A stretch of 62,947 nt of DNA, the filler included, from an uncultured Clostridia bacterium (GTDB lineage Bacteria > CAYTYR01 > UBA6262): assembly GCA_964441745.1 (NCBI GenBank). It is 5 parts of 4 records of this genome, joined end to end, with 100 filler letters (N's around TTAATTAATTAA, not from the genome) between each part and the next. Parts side by side here need not be neighbours in the genome. Positions count along the whole stretch, not along the records: positions 1 to 22,511 come from CAYTYR010000003.1; positions 22,612 to 41,311 come from CAYTYR010000008.1; 3 more parts are not named here. One strand, given 5' to 3'. The position numbers and the translations under genes are program-made. Each line of letters begins with the position of its first letter. Positions within the stretch are counted from its first letter, which is position 1. The notes beneath the pieces are model-generated. The model saw only the letters and a list, made by a program, of their open reading frames with translations. It ran no database searches and was not told the origin of the DNA. Of the stretch, positions 18,242 through 28,006 are shown piece after piece.

Positions 18242-20382
18242 ATATTTTTCTTACCTTTGATCTGCTCCAGAGCCTTGCCCGCTTCCGAGAGCAGTGTTTT
18301 TCTGGGTCCGATAAATCCGACCCATTTCCCCTGGACCAGTTTTGCCAAAAAAGGTTCCGCTTCCTGGGCTTTTAACAAACCCAATGATTCTATGGCTTCC
18401 CGTTTCAGGCTTAAGTTCCAGCCGAAGGGGTCGAATTTTTTCACGATCTGCAAAAGGACCGGGATCGCCCGCTGGTTCTGCATATTGCCCAACCACTCAA
18501 TAGCCACAATCTTCACTTGCTCATCTTTATCATTGAGTCCTTGCACCAAGTAATCAAAAATCCTGGGATTACCGCTTAATCCCAGGCTTTTAATCACTTC
18601 CACCCGGACCCGGGCATTATCGTGTTTTAACAGATCGCCAAGCCGACTGAGGCTGCGGTCGTTATTAATCAGTCCTAAAATAAGTACAATATTACGAACC
18701 AGATGCCAGTTAGGATCAGCTAATTTATCCCATAAATATTCCAGATTGTCTTTACTAACTTCACTGATTACCTGGCACAATAATCTTCTGATCGTCAGCG
18801 TTTCTTCTTCTCCCAATAATTCTATCAGGAAGGGCGTACTATCACCCGGCAAGCTGGTCAGATACTCCTGTATCAGGACATGCTTGACATCATCCTTTTC
18901 AATATTTCTGACAGTGTCAACCAGTTTTTGGGCTATTTCCCTGGTGCCCAGGTTAATTAATAGTTGCTGGGCGGACTTCCGGCTCTCAGCATGAACAGAA
19001 GGGTCTCCGGCTATATCTCTGACGGCTTTAAAATACTTTAGGGCCCAATCAATAATGCTATTATCCAGATAGATCCTGACCCTGTTTTCATACGTTTGAG
19101 CCAAGACCTTATTTTTCTCCGGGGTATGTTCGATCATCAGTAATTCCGTCATCACCTGCAGGAAGGCCTCTTCCTTTTGAGACGGGGTATTGATCTGGGA
19201 AAGTTTAACAATTTCGTTAAGTTCCTGTTCTGTATAATAACTTAAGTCTGCCAATATATTATTAATGTCCGGCGGTACTTGATACTGTATTTCCGTAATT
19301 TCAGCCGGACTAAGAGCTACCTGTTGCTGTGGTTTTTGCAATGCTGATTTTTCGTCAACAGCCAAGTGATCCGCAATTTTTAATTCTTTAAAAAGTGAGC
19401 TTTTGCTTTGATTGCTCATCGGCAACCCGTTAACCAGCGCGGTGATCTCTGCCTGGCTGGCGCCTGAATTCATTTGTCCCTGCAGCAGCTGGGTCAGGTC
19501 ATTGGTTGGCATCTCTCCCAGTAACTGACTATAGGCAGGATCATTTTTGGCAGAGGCAGATATATGTTCAAGCAGGGCTTGTTTGATCTCCGGCGCAAAA
19601 GCCCCGAGACCTTTGGCTAATTGCTGATAAAGATTTTTTTGCTGGTCGATAGGCTGCTGCTGCGCCAAGGATACCAGTTTGCCAAAAGCCTTGATGATAT
19701 AATCCTTTTCTGCTGCTCCTCCCGGCTCGCTGCCTTCGGCACGAGCTAAGGCTGACAGCATCTCACCCAGGCGGGCTGGCTTAGACATTAACGTTCCTAA
19801 TAACTGGAAGGCGGCGCAGGATGGGGTCTTCTCCTGACCGCCTAAAAAATCAGCCAGCAGGATTACCGCGCCCAAATTTTCGCCGGGCTCAGATTCCTGC
19901 TCCGTGGTTTTTTCAAACCCCTGAATACGAAAGATCTCCCGCCGCAAGGTTTCATTGATCTTGATCGAGGTAAACTGCGCCGCTTCCCAAAACGTTTCTC
20001 CGCCTTCTTTTTCCACGATTTGGGCAGGATCGGTACTAAGAAATTGCAGGAATTTGACCAGCTCATCATCAGCTAAGCCCTTATTGAATGTCAGCTCCCT
20101 GATGCCCAGGCGGTAGATTTGCATGGATAGATTCTCTAATACTTCGTCACCCTTATTCAGCGGCTGACCGCCGACAAAAATATACTGCCTTTTCAGGCGA
20201 AAACGCAGAGTGTCAACAGTAGTAAAAAACTGGTTGATGGCTTGTTTAAGCTTATCGACAGAACTCATCAGGAGGGGATGTTGCAGGGGATACAAACGAA
20301 ATGATTTTAGCGCGGTTTGCAGGTTCATTAACAGGTCACTGATCAGCTCAATAGATATCGGAGGCTTATTTGGTTGGCTCAT
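18238..20382 (-). CDS. HEAT-repeat protein coupled to HD-GYP
   Basis: LYPLQHP N-terminus shared in style with the HD-GYP N-terminus; WHLVRNIV.ILG and VRVEVIKSLG repeats; 4-bp overlap. Confidence 0.8.
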   Translation of the reverse strand: MSQPNKPPISIELISDLLMNLQTALKSFRLYPLQHPLLMSSVDKLKQAINQFFTTVDTLRFRLKRQYIFVGGQPLNKGDEVLENLSMQIYRLGIRELTFNKGLADDELVKFLQFLSTDPAQIVEKEGGETFWEAAQFTSIKINETLRREIFRIQGFEKTTEQESEPGENLGAVILLADFLGGQEKTPSCAAFQLLGTLMSKPARLGEMLSALARAEGSEPGGAAEKDYIIKAFGKLVSLAQQQPIDQQKNLYQQLAKGLGAFAPEIKQALLEHISASAKNDPAYSQLLGEMPTNDLTQLLQGQMNSGASQAEITALVNGLPMSNQSKSSLFKELKIADHLAVDEKSALQKPQQQVALSPAEITEIQYQVPPDINNILADLSYYTEQELNEIVKLSQINTPSQKEEAFLQVMTELLMIEHTPEKNKVLAQTYENRVRIYLDNSIIDWALKYFKAVRDIAGDPSVHAESRKSAQQLLINLGTREIAQKLVDTVRNIEKDDVKHVLIQEYLTSLPGDSTPFLIELLGEEETLTIRRLLCQVISEVSKDNLEYLWDKLADPNWHLVRNIVLILGLINNDRSLSRLGDLLKHDNARVRVEVIKSLGLSGNPRIFDYLVQGLNDKDEQVKIVAIEWLGNMQNQRAIPVLLQIVKKFDPFGWNLSLKREAIESLGLLKAQEAEPFLAKLVQGKWVGFIGPRKTLLSEAGKALEQIKGKKNI

Positions 20383-20416
20383 AATTGATTGTCAATCCTT
20401 CTGCACTGCCAGCTAT

Positions 20417-22234
20417 TTATTTATACAATAACATATCCAGGGAGGAATGCAGTTTTGGCGGGAATGTTTTATATAGCTGCTTATACATTTCCGTATAGAC
20501 ATACTCTTTTTCCGGCAGGTCCTTGTGCGTATGTTTGATATTATTCAGACACAGGCAAACATCTTTGCAGCATTCGCAAAGATGGACTACCAGCTCCTGG
20601 ACATTTTTACCGGAGCGGTTAAGGTTTTGGGCATTTCTCAGGGCAAATGAGGCTTTGTCTTTCCAGATCGCGGCCCCGCTTAAATAGGTATAAGCCAGAG
20701 GATAGGAGACCATCTTAGTTTGTTCCATTTTTTTAATATTCGATTGTAACAGTAAGATCCTCTGCCCCAGCAGAATATCCAAGGTAGCATCCAAACCGGT
20801 TAAGGTTTCATCAGAAATACGCTGGAACCTGGCCGGGTCAAGATGCGCCACCGACATGCGCCGTAAAACATAATACGCGTGCAGGAAAACTTCCCGCAGT
20901 GAATCTTCTTCCAGTGAAGAGACCCAGTTACTGGCTCTTTTGATCATCCGTAAATGCAAGGCATATTGTTCTTCCAGATCCACTTGCATTAAATTCTGCT
21001 GCAGCATTTCCCTGACTTTGAGCTTGGAAGTGGCTTTATGGCCGTATGAATTATATAAAGAATGAATGATCGTGGTTAATTGCCGGCCTGGTTCCCAGAA
21101 GATAAAAGGCCATCTTTTCCAAAGTTTCTCTCCCACCTTATAGCCATTGTATTCGGCTATGCCCAACGGCGGATACTGCCCGTCAATATTGACGATCACC
21201 CGGTTCTCCGGGAACCAGCTGATCTCATCAAACTTGATCCGGGGAAAGGAAGATTTGGGCTTTTCATCTAAAATCGTATCCGGGGTGACAAACCGGATCT
21301 GGGCGACATTATCAGCCATGACATTCATCCAGGCGGCGCCGATAATACCCAAAGCCCATTCACCAAAATTCAGCATATCCAGCTTCTGCATGGAAAAGAT
21401 CACGCCATTATCCGGTACATCTGTAATTACTTGCCGCAATATATTCGTATATTCGTCAATCGCTTCCTGCAGGCTGAGTGGGAATTTAAGATACTGGCCG
21501 GTAGTGTATTCTTCAGTGAAAACCGGGTATTCGCCCAGCAGATATCCCTGCTGGGCTGCCCATTTCGGTTTTAACCTGGTCAATACTTGCCATAATCCCT
21601 CTGAAGCCTTATGGTTCCGGGGAAAAACTACTACGCCGTTTTCAAATTGCAGCGGTGTAAATTCAACCTTACCCGGCGGCGTCACCGTAAAATTAAAGAA
21701 CTGGTCTTCCAAATGCGGGGCCAGAACATATTCCAGGCCAGCCTGGGCAAACGCATCGGTTTTTTTACCGTCTATAGAACACTCCGGCGGGAAGACCCCT
21801 TTATGCTTGATATAACGAGCCAGGGTAATTTCCAATACATCCTCAATAAATTCAGTATTCATGCGTACTTCGTCGGCGACCTCTTCCGGACTGGTCAGGA
21901 GGATATGCGCTTCATAAGCAAAATTCAGGATAGGATAAATAGACCGCTCCTGGTAAGCTTCGCGTAATTTGGTAAACGTTTCCGGGGCGATATTGCGCAG
22001 TTGGCTCAGGATTTCATTAGAGGCAGCCAGACAGATGGGAATATTGAGGTTTTTAGAAAGTTGGATCAAGGCCAGGAAGGTGTCCCGCACCAGCGGGGCA
22101 TTTTTTGCTAAGACATTATCAAAAGGGAGCAGTTTTTTAATATCAGGATCTACTGCTTCCTGCAAGATTTGGTTCCCTATTTCCTTGCTGGCTTCGTGGG
22201 CATGAAATCCCAGCACAACATAAACATTTTTCAT
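20417..22234 (-). CDS. Glycoside hydrolase family 57-like protein
   Basis: N-terminal LGFHAHE (cf. GH57 HxHQP) and GVFPPE catalytic-loop-like motif; divergent. Confidence 0.55.
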   Translation of the reverse strand: MKNVYVVLGFHAHEASKEIGNQILQEAVDPDIKKLLPFDNVLAKNAPLVRDTFLALIQLSKNLNIPICLAASNEILSQLRNIAPETFTKLREAYQERSIYPILNFAYEAHILLTSPEEVADEVRMNTEFIEDVLEITLARYIKHKGVFPPECSIDGKKTDAFAQAGLEYVLAPHLEDQFFNFTVTPPGKVEFTPLQFENGVVVFPRNHKASEGLWQVLTRLKPKWAAQQGYLLGEYPVFTEEYTTGQYLKFPLSLQEAIDEYTNILRQVITDVPDNGVIFSMQKLDMLNFGEWALGIIGAAWMNVMADNVAQIRFVTPDTILDEKPKSSFPRIKFDEISWFPENRVIVNIDGQYPPLGIAEYNGYKVGEKLWKRWPFIFWEPGRQLTTIIHSLYNSYGHKATSKLKVREMLQQNLMQVDLEEQYALHLRMIKRASNWVSSLEEDSLREVFLHAYYVLRRMSVAHLDPARFQRISDETLTGLDATLDILLGQRILLLQSNIKKMEQTKMVSYPLAYTYLSGAAIWKDKASFALRNAQNLNRSGKNVQELVVHLCECCKDVCLCLNNIKHTHKDLPEKEYVYTEMYKQLYKTFPPKLHSSLDMLLYK

Positions 22235-22298
22235 AATGTAGTCATTTTACAACGATCTGAAATTATTTGCAAGAGTTTTATAGGTAGCAGGACCCTAA

Positions 22299-22385
22299 TA
22301 AAAAAATCTGCTCCCTAAAGGAGGAAAGCCACGGAGAGACCTCCCGGGAGCAGATAAATAGGCATATTCGGTTTTCATTTTCACA
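22299..22385 (-). ncRNA. Candidate small RNA / leader (promoter-hairpin-U-tract unit)
   Basis: TTGACA-17-TAATGT at 22419-22391; ATCTGCTCCC/GGGAGCAGAT stem followed by a T tract on the minus strand. Confidence 0.4.
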
Positions 22386-22511
22386 ATGTAACATTATCAT
22401 ACAAACTGTATTTTGTCAAGCTAAATTTAAGGCCGCTAATGTCTCCCCGCTTTAATTCCGTCTTCATCGTCCTTCATCGTTTTAATACGCAGGTTTTCTT
22501 GATTTTTATCT

Positions 22512-22611
22512 NNNNNNNNNNNNNNNNNNNNNNNNNNNNNNNNNNNNNNNNNNNNTTAATTAATTAANNNNNNNNNNNNNNNNNNNNNNNNNNNNNNNNN
22601 NNNNNNNNNNN
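22512..22611. other. Artificial contig linker
   Basis: N44-TTAATTAATTAA-N44, six-frame stop spacer. Confidence 0.98.
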
Positions 22612-23037
22612 CGAATCGTCCTTGACGCCAATATTATTATATCGGCAGCTTTTGGCGGGGTACCACTGGAAGCGGTAACTCATGCTTGCCGGCATACGAT
22701 TTACATAAATGATGAGATAGAAAAAGAACTGCTGGGAGTAATTGAAAGGTTGAATGACAGGTTATCTCCAGTTTACCTGAAAGAAGCGAGAAAACAGGTA
22801 AAAATGATAATCCGGGGAGCAAAGAAAGCGAAGTGCGGGCATTCGATCAAGATTTGCCGAGACCCAAAGGACAACGCTTATTTGGAACTGGCAAAATCGG
22901 CCAGGATTGATATTCTGGTGACTGGAGATGATGATCTTCTTTCTTTATCAGCAGAAGCCTTAAGAAAAGAAGGATTACATCGGCTTAAGATAATTACTCC
23001 GCGTGATTTTGTGGATGAATCCATAAGGTCATTATAG
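22612..23037 (+). CDS. PIN-domain toxin (5' truncated by contig edge)
   Basis: In frame from the contig start: RIVLDANIIISA...CRDPKDNAYLELA...LVTGDDDLL. Confidence 0.88.
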   Translation, partial: RIVLDANIIISAAFGGVPLEAVTHACRHTIYINDEIEKELLGVIERLNDRLSPVYLKEARKQVKMIIRGAKKAKCGHSIKICRDPKDNAYLELAKSARIDILVTGDDDLLSLSAEALRKEGLHRLKIITPRDFVDESIRSL

Positions 23038-23040
23038 AAT

Positions 23041-23196
23041 TTGGAATTATATACTTTGCAAAGCATAAGAGTAAAAAGGGATATAAAAATAGAAACAGGC
23101 GAAAGCCTTAATCCTACTGTGAACACATTAGAAAAACTATCCAAAGCCCTCTGTGGGCCGGTGGCGGAATTGATTAAACAAAAATATGGGAACTAA
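23041..23196 (+). pseudogene. Truncated XRE/Cro HTH (RM controller C-protein-like) remnant
   Basis: IKIETGESLNPTVNTLEKLSKALCGPVAELI is the C-terminal half of an XRE HTH; the N-terminal helices are absent; overlaps the MTase start. Confidence 0.55.
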
Positions 23197-24190
23197 ACAA
23201 TCATTATTAAAAGCAAATAAGATTAAGGATGATGAGTTTTATACTCTTTACGAGGATATCGCCAGTGAAGTTTCTCTTTATAATAAACAATTAAAAGGGA
23301 AAAGAATATTATGCCCTTGTGACTGGGATGAAAGTTATAATGAGGAAATGGTTTATAAAGAAGAAGATTTTATTAGTTCTTCTGATTTATATAATGCTGG
23401 TGGCGCAATCAAAAAGATAAATATAAAGGCATCCAAGGGGAAAATAGAAAAAGAGCTATCTTTGATTAGGTGTAATTTTGTAAAATATTTAGTTGCCCAT
23501 GCCGAAGCCTATAATATAAAATCAATTTCGGTTAGCGGGTATAATCCTGCCACCGGCAAAGGCGTGAAATTTCAAGATGTTGATTATTCAAAATACGATC
23601 TGGTTATAACAAACCCGCCATTTAGTCAGTTTAGAGAATTTATTGATACGATGTTTAATAATAAAATGAAGTTTTTAGTTATCGGACCACTCACAGCTAT
23701 AACTTATAGAGACATTTTTAATCATATAAAAGACAATAAGATGTGGCTTGGCTATGCTACGCAGTTATCTGGATTTCGATTATTAGATGACACATTAGTT
23801 CTTTCAAAAAATCCTGAAGGCTCAGTACCCAGGGCTTGTAAATGGTATACTAATTTAGATGTCGCTTATAGACATGATAGAATGATTTTAACCGAAAATT
23901 ATAGTCCCGATAAATATCCAAATTATTATAATTACAGCGGCATAAATGTGGAGAAAACTAATAAAATACCATATGATTATGCCGGTGTAATGGGAGTCCC
24001 GATCACATTTTTAACAAAGTATAATCCGGAACAGTTTAAAATTATAGGAAAAGGTGTTCAGGTCGAAAAAACAGTAAGATTTAAAGGTGATAAAGCGACT
24101 CTTTGGATTGAGAAGGACGGAAAGCCTTTTAAAGCTCCCTTTGAAAGAATATTAATAAAAAATAAGCAAGCGCTTAAAAAAGGTAAATAA
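23186..24190 (+). CDS. Adenine-specific methyltransferase, EcoRI family
   Basis: KDDEFYT, ILCPCD, VITNPPFSQFREF, GVMGVPITFL.KYNPEQF. Confidence 0.9.
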   Translation: MGTKQSLLKANKIKDDEFYTLYEDIASEVSLYNKQLKGKRILCPCDWDESYNEEMVYKEEDFISSSDLYNAGGAIKKINIKASKGKIEKELSLIRCNFVKYLVAHAEAYNIKSISVSGYNPATGKGVKFQDVDYSKYDLVITNPPFSQFREFIDTMFNNKMKFLVIGPLTAITYRDIFNHIKDNKMWLGYATQLSGFRLLDDTLVLSKNPEGSVPRACKWYTNLDVAYRHDRMILTENYSPDKYPNYYNYSGINVEKTNKIPYDYAGVMGVPITFLTKYNPEQFKIIGKGVQVEKTVRFKGDKATLWIEKDGKPFKAPFERILIKNKQALKKGK

Positions 24191-24191
24191 T

Positions 24192-25265
24192 ATGAACATC
24201 AAATATTTATATGAACAACTTAGAGATGGGAAGATTATTAGCGACATAGAACTTCAAAGAGAAATAGTTTATGACATTGATAAACAAATGTTGGTTATAG
24301 ACAGTATTGTTAACGGAATTCCGTTGCCAGCTTTCTATTTTTGGAAAAATAAAGAAAATATCTTGGAAGTATTAGACGGGAAACAAAGAATAGAAGCCAT
24401 TAAGAAATTCATTGAAAATGATATTCAATATAAAGATAAATTATGGAGACAAACAGACAGGGAAACTCAAGACATAATAAATAAGACTGAACTTTCAATT
24501 ATTATATGCGAAGGTCAAGACCAGTTGAAAAGAGAAATATTTAGGAGAATTAACACTCTTGGAGTACCGCTTTCGCCTTATGAAGTATTAAATGGTCTTT
24601 TTCACGGTGAATATTTAAGAGGTTTAACCATTTATGTTGGGCAAGACAGAGACGCATTAAGAGTTTTAGGCTCGAATAGCCGTGGTAAAAATCAATACAA
24701 GATTTTACAACTATTAATGGATTTGAAGAATTCATCAAGAGACCCTCAAACCATAAATGATTATGTGAGTAAAAATCAAAAGAAAACCTTCGCTGATGAC
24801 CAAAAAGAGATTGGCAAATATATCAAATTCGTTAGTGAGATATTTGAAGGATACGGGCAAATAGATATTTATTTTAGCTTGGCGAGAAAATATTTAAAGG
24901 ATGCGGTTATTTGGAAACAAAATAAAGATGAAATCAATTCTCGTATTAAAAGATATTTAAAGAGCGATGACGCTAAATTGACTAATAAAGCGAAAGAGAT
25001 AGAAGATATTATCCAAGCAATTGTCAATGATATTAGTGTTGATGAGAAGCGATTATTCTCAAGTGATGACAAAAAGGAATATCTAAAAAAGCAAAAAACA
25101 AATAAAGACGGTAAATATCTGTGTACCATTTGTAAGAAATCTTTTTATAAGGAAGAATTGACTATGGATCATATAGACCCATGGAGCAAAGGTGGCAGAA
25201 CTGTAATCTCAAACGCTCAATTATTGTGTAGCCCGTGTAATATTAAAAAGGGAAATAGAAGTTAG
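24192..25265 (+). CDS. DUF262 (GmrSD-like) + HNH endonuclease
   Basis: QRE, IDSI..GIPLP, DGKQR, IFRRINT; C-terminal CxxC..DHIDPWSKGG.T..N...LCxxCN. Confidence 0.9.
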   Translation: MNIKYLYEQLRDGKIISDIELQREIVYDIDKQMLVIDSIVNGIPLPAFYFWKNKENILEVLDGKQRIEAIKKFIENDIQYKDKLWRQTDRETQDIINKTELSIIICEGQDQLKREIFRRINTLGVPLSPYEVLNGLFHGEYLRGLTIYVGQDRDALRVLGSNSRGKNQYKILQLLMDLKNSSRDPQTINDYVSKNQKKTFADDQKEIGKYIKFVSEIFEGYGQIDIYFSLARKYLKDAVIWKQNKDEINSRIKRYLKSDDAKLTNKAKEIEDIIQAIVNDISVDEKRLFSSDDKKEYLKKQKTNKDGKYLCTICKKSFYKEELTMDHIDPWSKGGRTVISNAQLLCSPCNIKKGNRS

Positions 25266-25369
25266 ACCGTACATATTTACATCTATCTTTGCGTAAAACG
25301 AAACAAAGCGCATAGTTCCGATAGAATTTACAACTGAATAAGCATTTATCAAAAAATGCCTTTTTCTTA

Positions 25370-25515
25370 GAGAGGACTTAGGGCCTCTAACCATCAAGTA
25401 AGATAAAGGCTGTGTATTCTCTGGCTTCGGCCAGGGAAGGGGCGCAGTCTTTTGCCGGATTAACTTGATGGTTGCCGGTAACTGTATTGTTAGCCCCTTT
25501 TTTATTTGCAGGGGC
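25370..25515 (+). ncRNA. Candidate structured leader RNA upstream of the primase-ATPase
   Basis: 11-bp helix AACCATCAAGT/ACTTGATGGTT enclosing G-U-containing stems capped by a cUUCGg tetraloop. Confidence 0.5.
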
Positions 25516-25531
25516 AGAAAGCAGAAATAAG

Positions 25532-25687
25532 ATGTTTCACAATCTTGGAGAAATAATCGTTAAACTATTTGGATACCTGTTTTTGATCATATGCATTTCC
25601 TTTGTAGTGGCAATAATCGAAGCAACCATAGAAGATAAACAAAAAGACAAGAAACTGCGGGAAAGGTGGAAAAATGATCATAAATAG
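25532..25687 (+). CDS. Small single-TM protein (51 aa)
   Basis: MFHNLGEIIVKLFGYLFLIICISFVVAII.. with a basic tail; overlaps the start of the next gene. Confidence 0.45.
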   Translation: MFHNLGEIIVKLFGYLFLIICISFVVAIIEATIEDKQKDKKLRERWKNDHK

Positions 25688-27965
25688 CAATGAGCTTTTG
25701 AACAATGTGCTTAGATTTTATCAGGAGACCTTCAGAAAACACAAACAGGGTGGGGAATACCTGCAATCAGTAGGGATTTACGATGAGCAGCTTTCCGAAA
25801 GGTTTAAAATCGGATTTTCTAACGGTTCACTCCTAAAGACAATCCCCAGCAAGGGCGAAGTGCGGGAGAAATTGGCAGAGCTTGGCATATTAACCAAAGA
25901 CGGGATAGAATATTTCCAGGATTGCATAATCTTTCCGATAATCAACCAAGATGACGACATTGTAGACATGCTGGGGATTAGAATCACCAGCGGAGAAATA
26001 CTAATTTTGAACAATCCCGTATCTGGCATCTTCAACTGGCAGGCGTTCAAGAGTAAGGAGATCATCTTTACCGCTGGGATAATCGAAGCCCTGCGGATTA
26101 TCCAGCTTGGCTTTGACAACGTGATCCCGCTATTACAAGGATTAAACGATCATCACATAGATTTTCTTAAAAGATACCGGTCAGAAAAGATTTATTTAGC
26201 TTTAGAAGATGAAAACGTGAAAAACCAGCTTAGTAAACTTGATTTTGCCTGTCATAGTGTCCAGTTTCCGGCAAAGCCGACCAAACCGGAAATTGAGCAA
26301 TCCTTAAAACAAGCGGAGCCGATAGCTGTAAGAATCGGCGAGGGGATTGCCAAGATAACCGATGAAAAAGTCCTTTTTGAATTTGGCCAGCGCAAGTATG
26401 ACGTTAGACAATTAGACGACATTAACAAAGACAGATTGAGAGTATCCATTAAAGCCCAAGCCGAGCCGCTCTTTCACATAGACACTATAGACTTGTATTC
26501 TTCCCGAAGCCGGACCAGTTTTATCCGGTGCGTCTCCAAACTCTACGACGTGGCTGATACGGTTATAGAAAGTGACCTTTGCTCAGTTATCACCAAAATG
26601 GAAAAGATCAGAGAAAACAGGGAAATCAAAAGCAGGCAAGATCAGGAAAAGGGCTACCAGATGACTATAGATGAAGAGACCGAAGCATTGGAATTTCTCA
26701 AATACCCCGATATTCTGAATCAAGTGGCCCAGCACTTGGAAATAATGGGTTACGTGGGCGAAGAAACCAATAAAAAACTTGGGTATCTTATCACTATTAG
26801 CCGGAAATTAGATGATCCATTATCAGGAGTGATCATTTCTCGAAGCGGAGCCGGAAAATCAAAACTGATGGACTATTTGGCCGATTTTGTGCCGGAAGAA
26901 GACATGATCAAATACACCCGTTTGACGCCCCAAGCCCTGTATTATCAAGGAGCAAGAAGCTTAAAGCATAAACTGTTGATAGCTGGCGAAGAAGAAGGAC
27001 TAACCGGCACAGATTATCCGATCAGGGAACTAATCTCTTCCAAAAAGCTAAAACTTGGTTCACCGGTTAAGGATCCAATATCCGGCAAGATGAAAACGGT
27101 TGAATATGAAGTTGAAGGGCCAATTTCCTTGCTCTTTTCTACTACCAAGGCGGCCATTAACTATGAGAATGCTTCCAGATGTTTCACCCTGTCCTTAGAC
27201 GAAAGCGACGGACAGACCGAAAAAATACAGGCAGCACAGAGAGAAAAACGAATGCTCTTAGGGACAAAGAATAAACTGGAAGGAAGAGAGGTAAAGAATC
27301 TTCATAAGAATTGCCAGAGATTACTAAAGAAATTGGAAGTGGTTAATCCTTACGCTGATCGTTTAACCTTTCCGAGCTCTTGGATTGAGACCAGAAGGGA
27401 GCATGACAAATACCTATCCCTTATAGACGCAATCGCCTTTCTTCATCAATACCAGCGGGAAATCAAGAAATTCAATCATCATGGCAGAGAGATTGAATAT
27501 ATCGAAGTGGAACCGCAGGATATAGCGGAAGCGAATAAGCTAATCTCTGAAATCCTGGGAACCAGTCTTGACGAACTTTCCCGCCCTTCAAAGGAATTGC
27601 TGAAAATGATCAAGCAAATGGTAGATGAGAAATGCAAAGAATTGGAGATCAACCAGAAAGACTTCCGCTTTAACCGCAGAGACATCAGGGAATACACTGG
27701 CTGGAGCGATAGCCAGATCAAAGCGCATATCAAGAAACTGGAAGATTTGCAATATCTCATCTTAGCCAAAGGAGACCGTGGCCGAATGTACCGCTACGAA
27801 CTCCAATATGAAGGCAACAGGCATAAAAGGCACTTCTTCGGCCTGACCGATCCGCTGAAGCTTGAACACCTGCCCCCCGAAGTTTTAACAAATGGGGGAA
27901 AGTCTGTAAAGTCTGGTATGGTCTGGTCAAAACAAAAAGCAATGGGGTCAGGCACTGAATCGTGA
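25674..27965 (+). CDS. Mobile-element primase-like (degenerate Toprim) / P-loop ATPase fusion
   Basis: DnaG-core-like YL..GI...FKIGF...EYF..CIIFP, Walker A SRSGAGKS, LTPQALYY, VEGP, SRCF..DES, C-terminal wHTH; ends inside the transposase inverted repeat. Confidence 0.8.
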   Translation: MIINSNELLNNVLRFYQETFRKHKQGGEYLQSVGIYDEQLSERFKIGFSNGSLLKTIPSKGEVREKLAELGILTKDGIEYFQDCIIFPIINQDDDIVDMLGIRITSGEILILNNPVSGIFNWQAFKSKEIIFTAGIIEALRIIQLGFDNVIPLLQGLNDHHIDFLKRYRSEKIYLALEDENVKNQLSKLDFACHSVQFPAKPTKPEIEQSLKQAEPIAVRIGEGIAKITDEKVLFEFGQRKYDVRQLDDINKDRLRVSIKAQAEPLFHIDTIDLYSSRSRTSFIRCVSKLYDVADTVIESDLCSVITKMEKIRENREIKSRQDQEKGYQMTIDEETEALEFLKYPDILNQVAQHLEIMGYVGEETNKKLGYLITISRKLDDPLSGVIISRSGAGKSKLMDYLADFVPEEDMIKYTRLTPQALYYQGARSLKHKLLIAGEEEGLTGTDYPIRELISSKKLKLGSPVKDPISGKMKTVEYEVEGPISLLFSTTKAAINYENASRCFTLSLDESDGQTEKIQAAQREKRMLLGTKNKLEGREVKNLHKNCQRLLKKLEVVNPYADRLTFPSSWIETRREHDKYLSLIDAIAFLHQYQREIKKFNHHGREIEYIEVEPQDIAEANKLISEILGTSLDELSRPSKELLKMIKQMVDEKCKELEINQKDFRFNRRDIREYTGWSDSQIKAHIKKLEDLQYLILAKGDRGRMYRYELQYEGNRHKRHFFGLTDPLKLEHLPPEVLTNGGKSVKSGMVWSKQKAMGSGTES

Positions 27966-28006
27966 AACAGATTGACAATAAACTGATTATTGGATAGGAT
28001 TAACGC

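Noticed and set aside
22512-22611. TTAATTAATTAA repeated four times within N runs
   Set aside because: Artificial six-frame-stop contig linker. ORFs ending in X..LIN and cross-gap gene neighbourhoods are artefacts.
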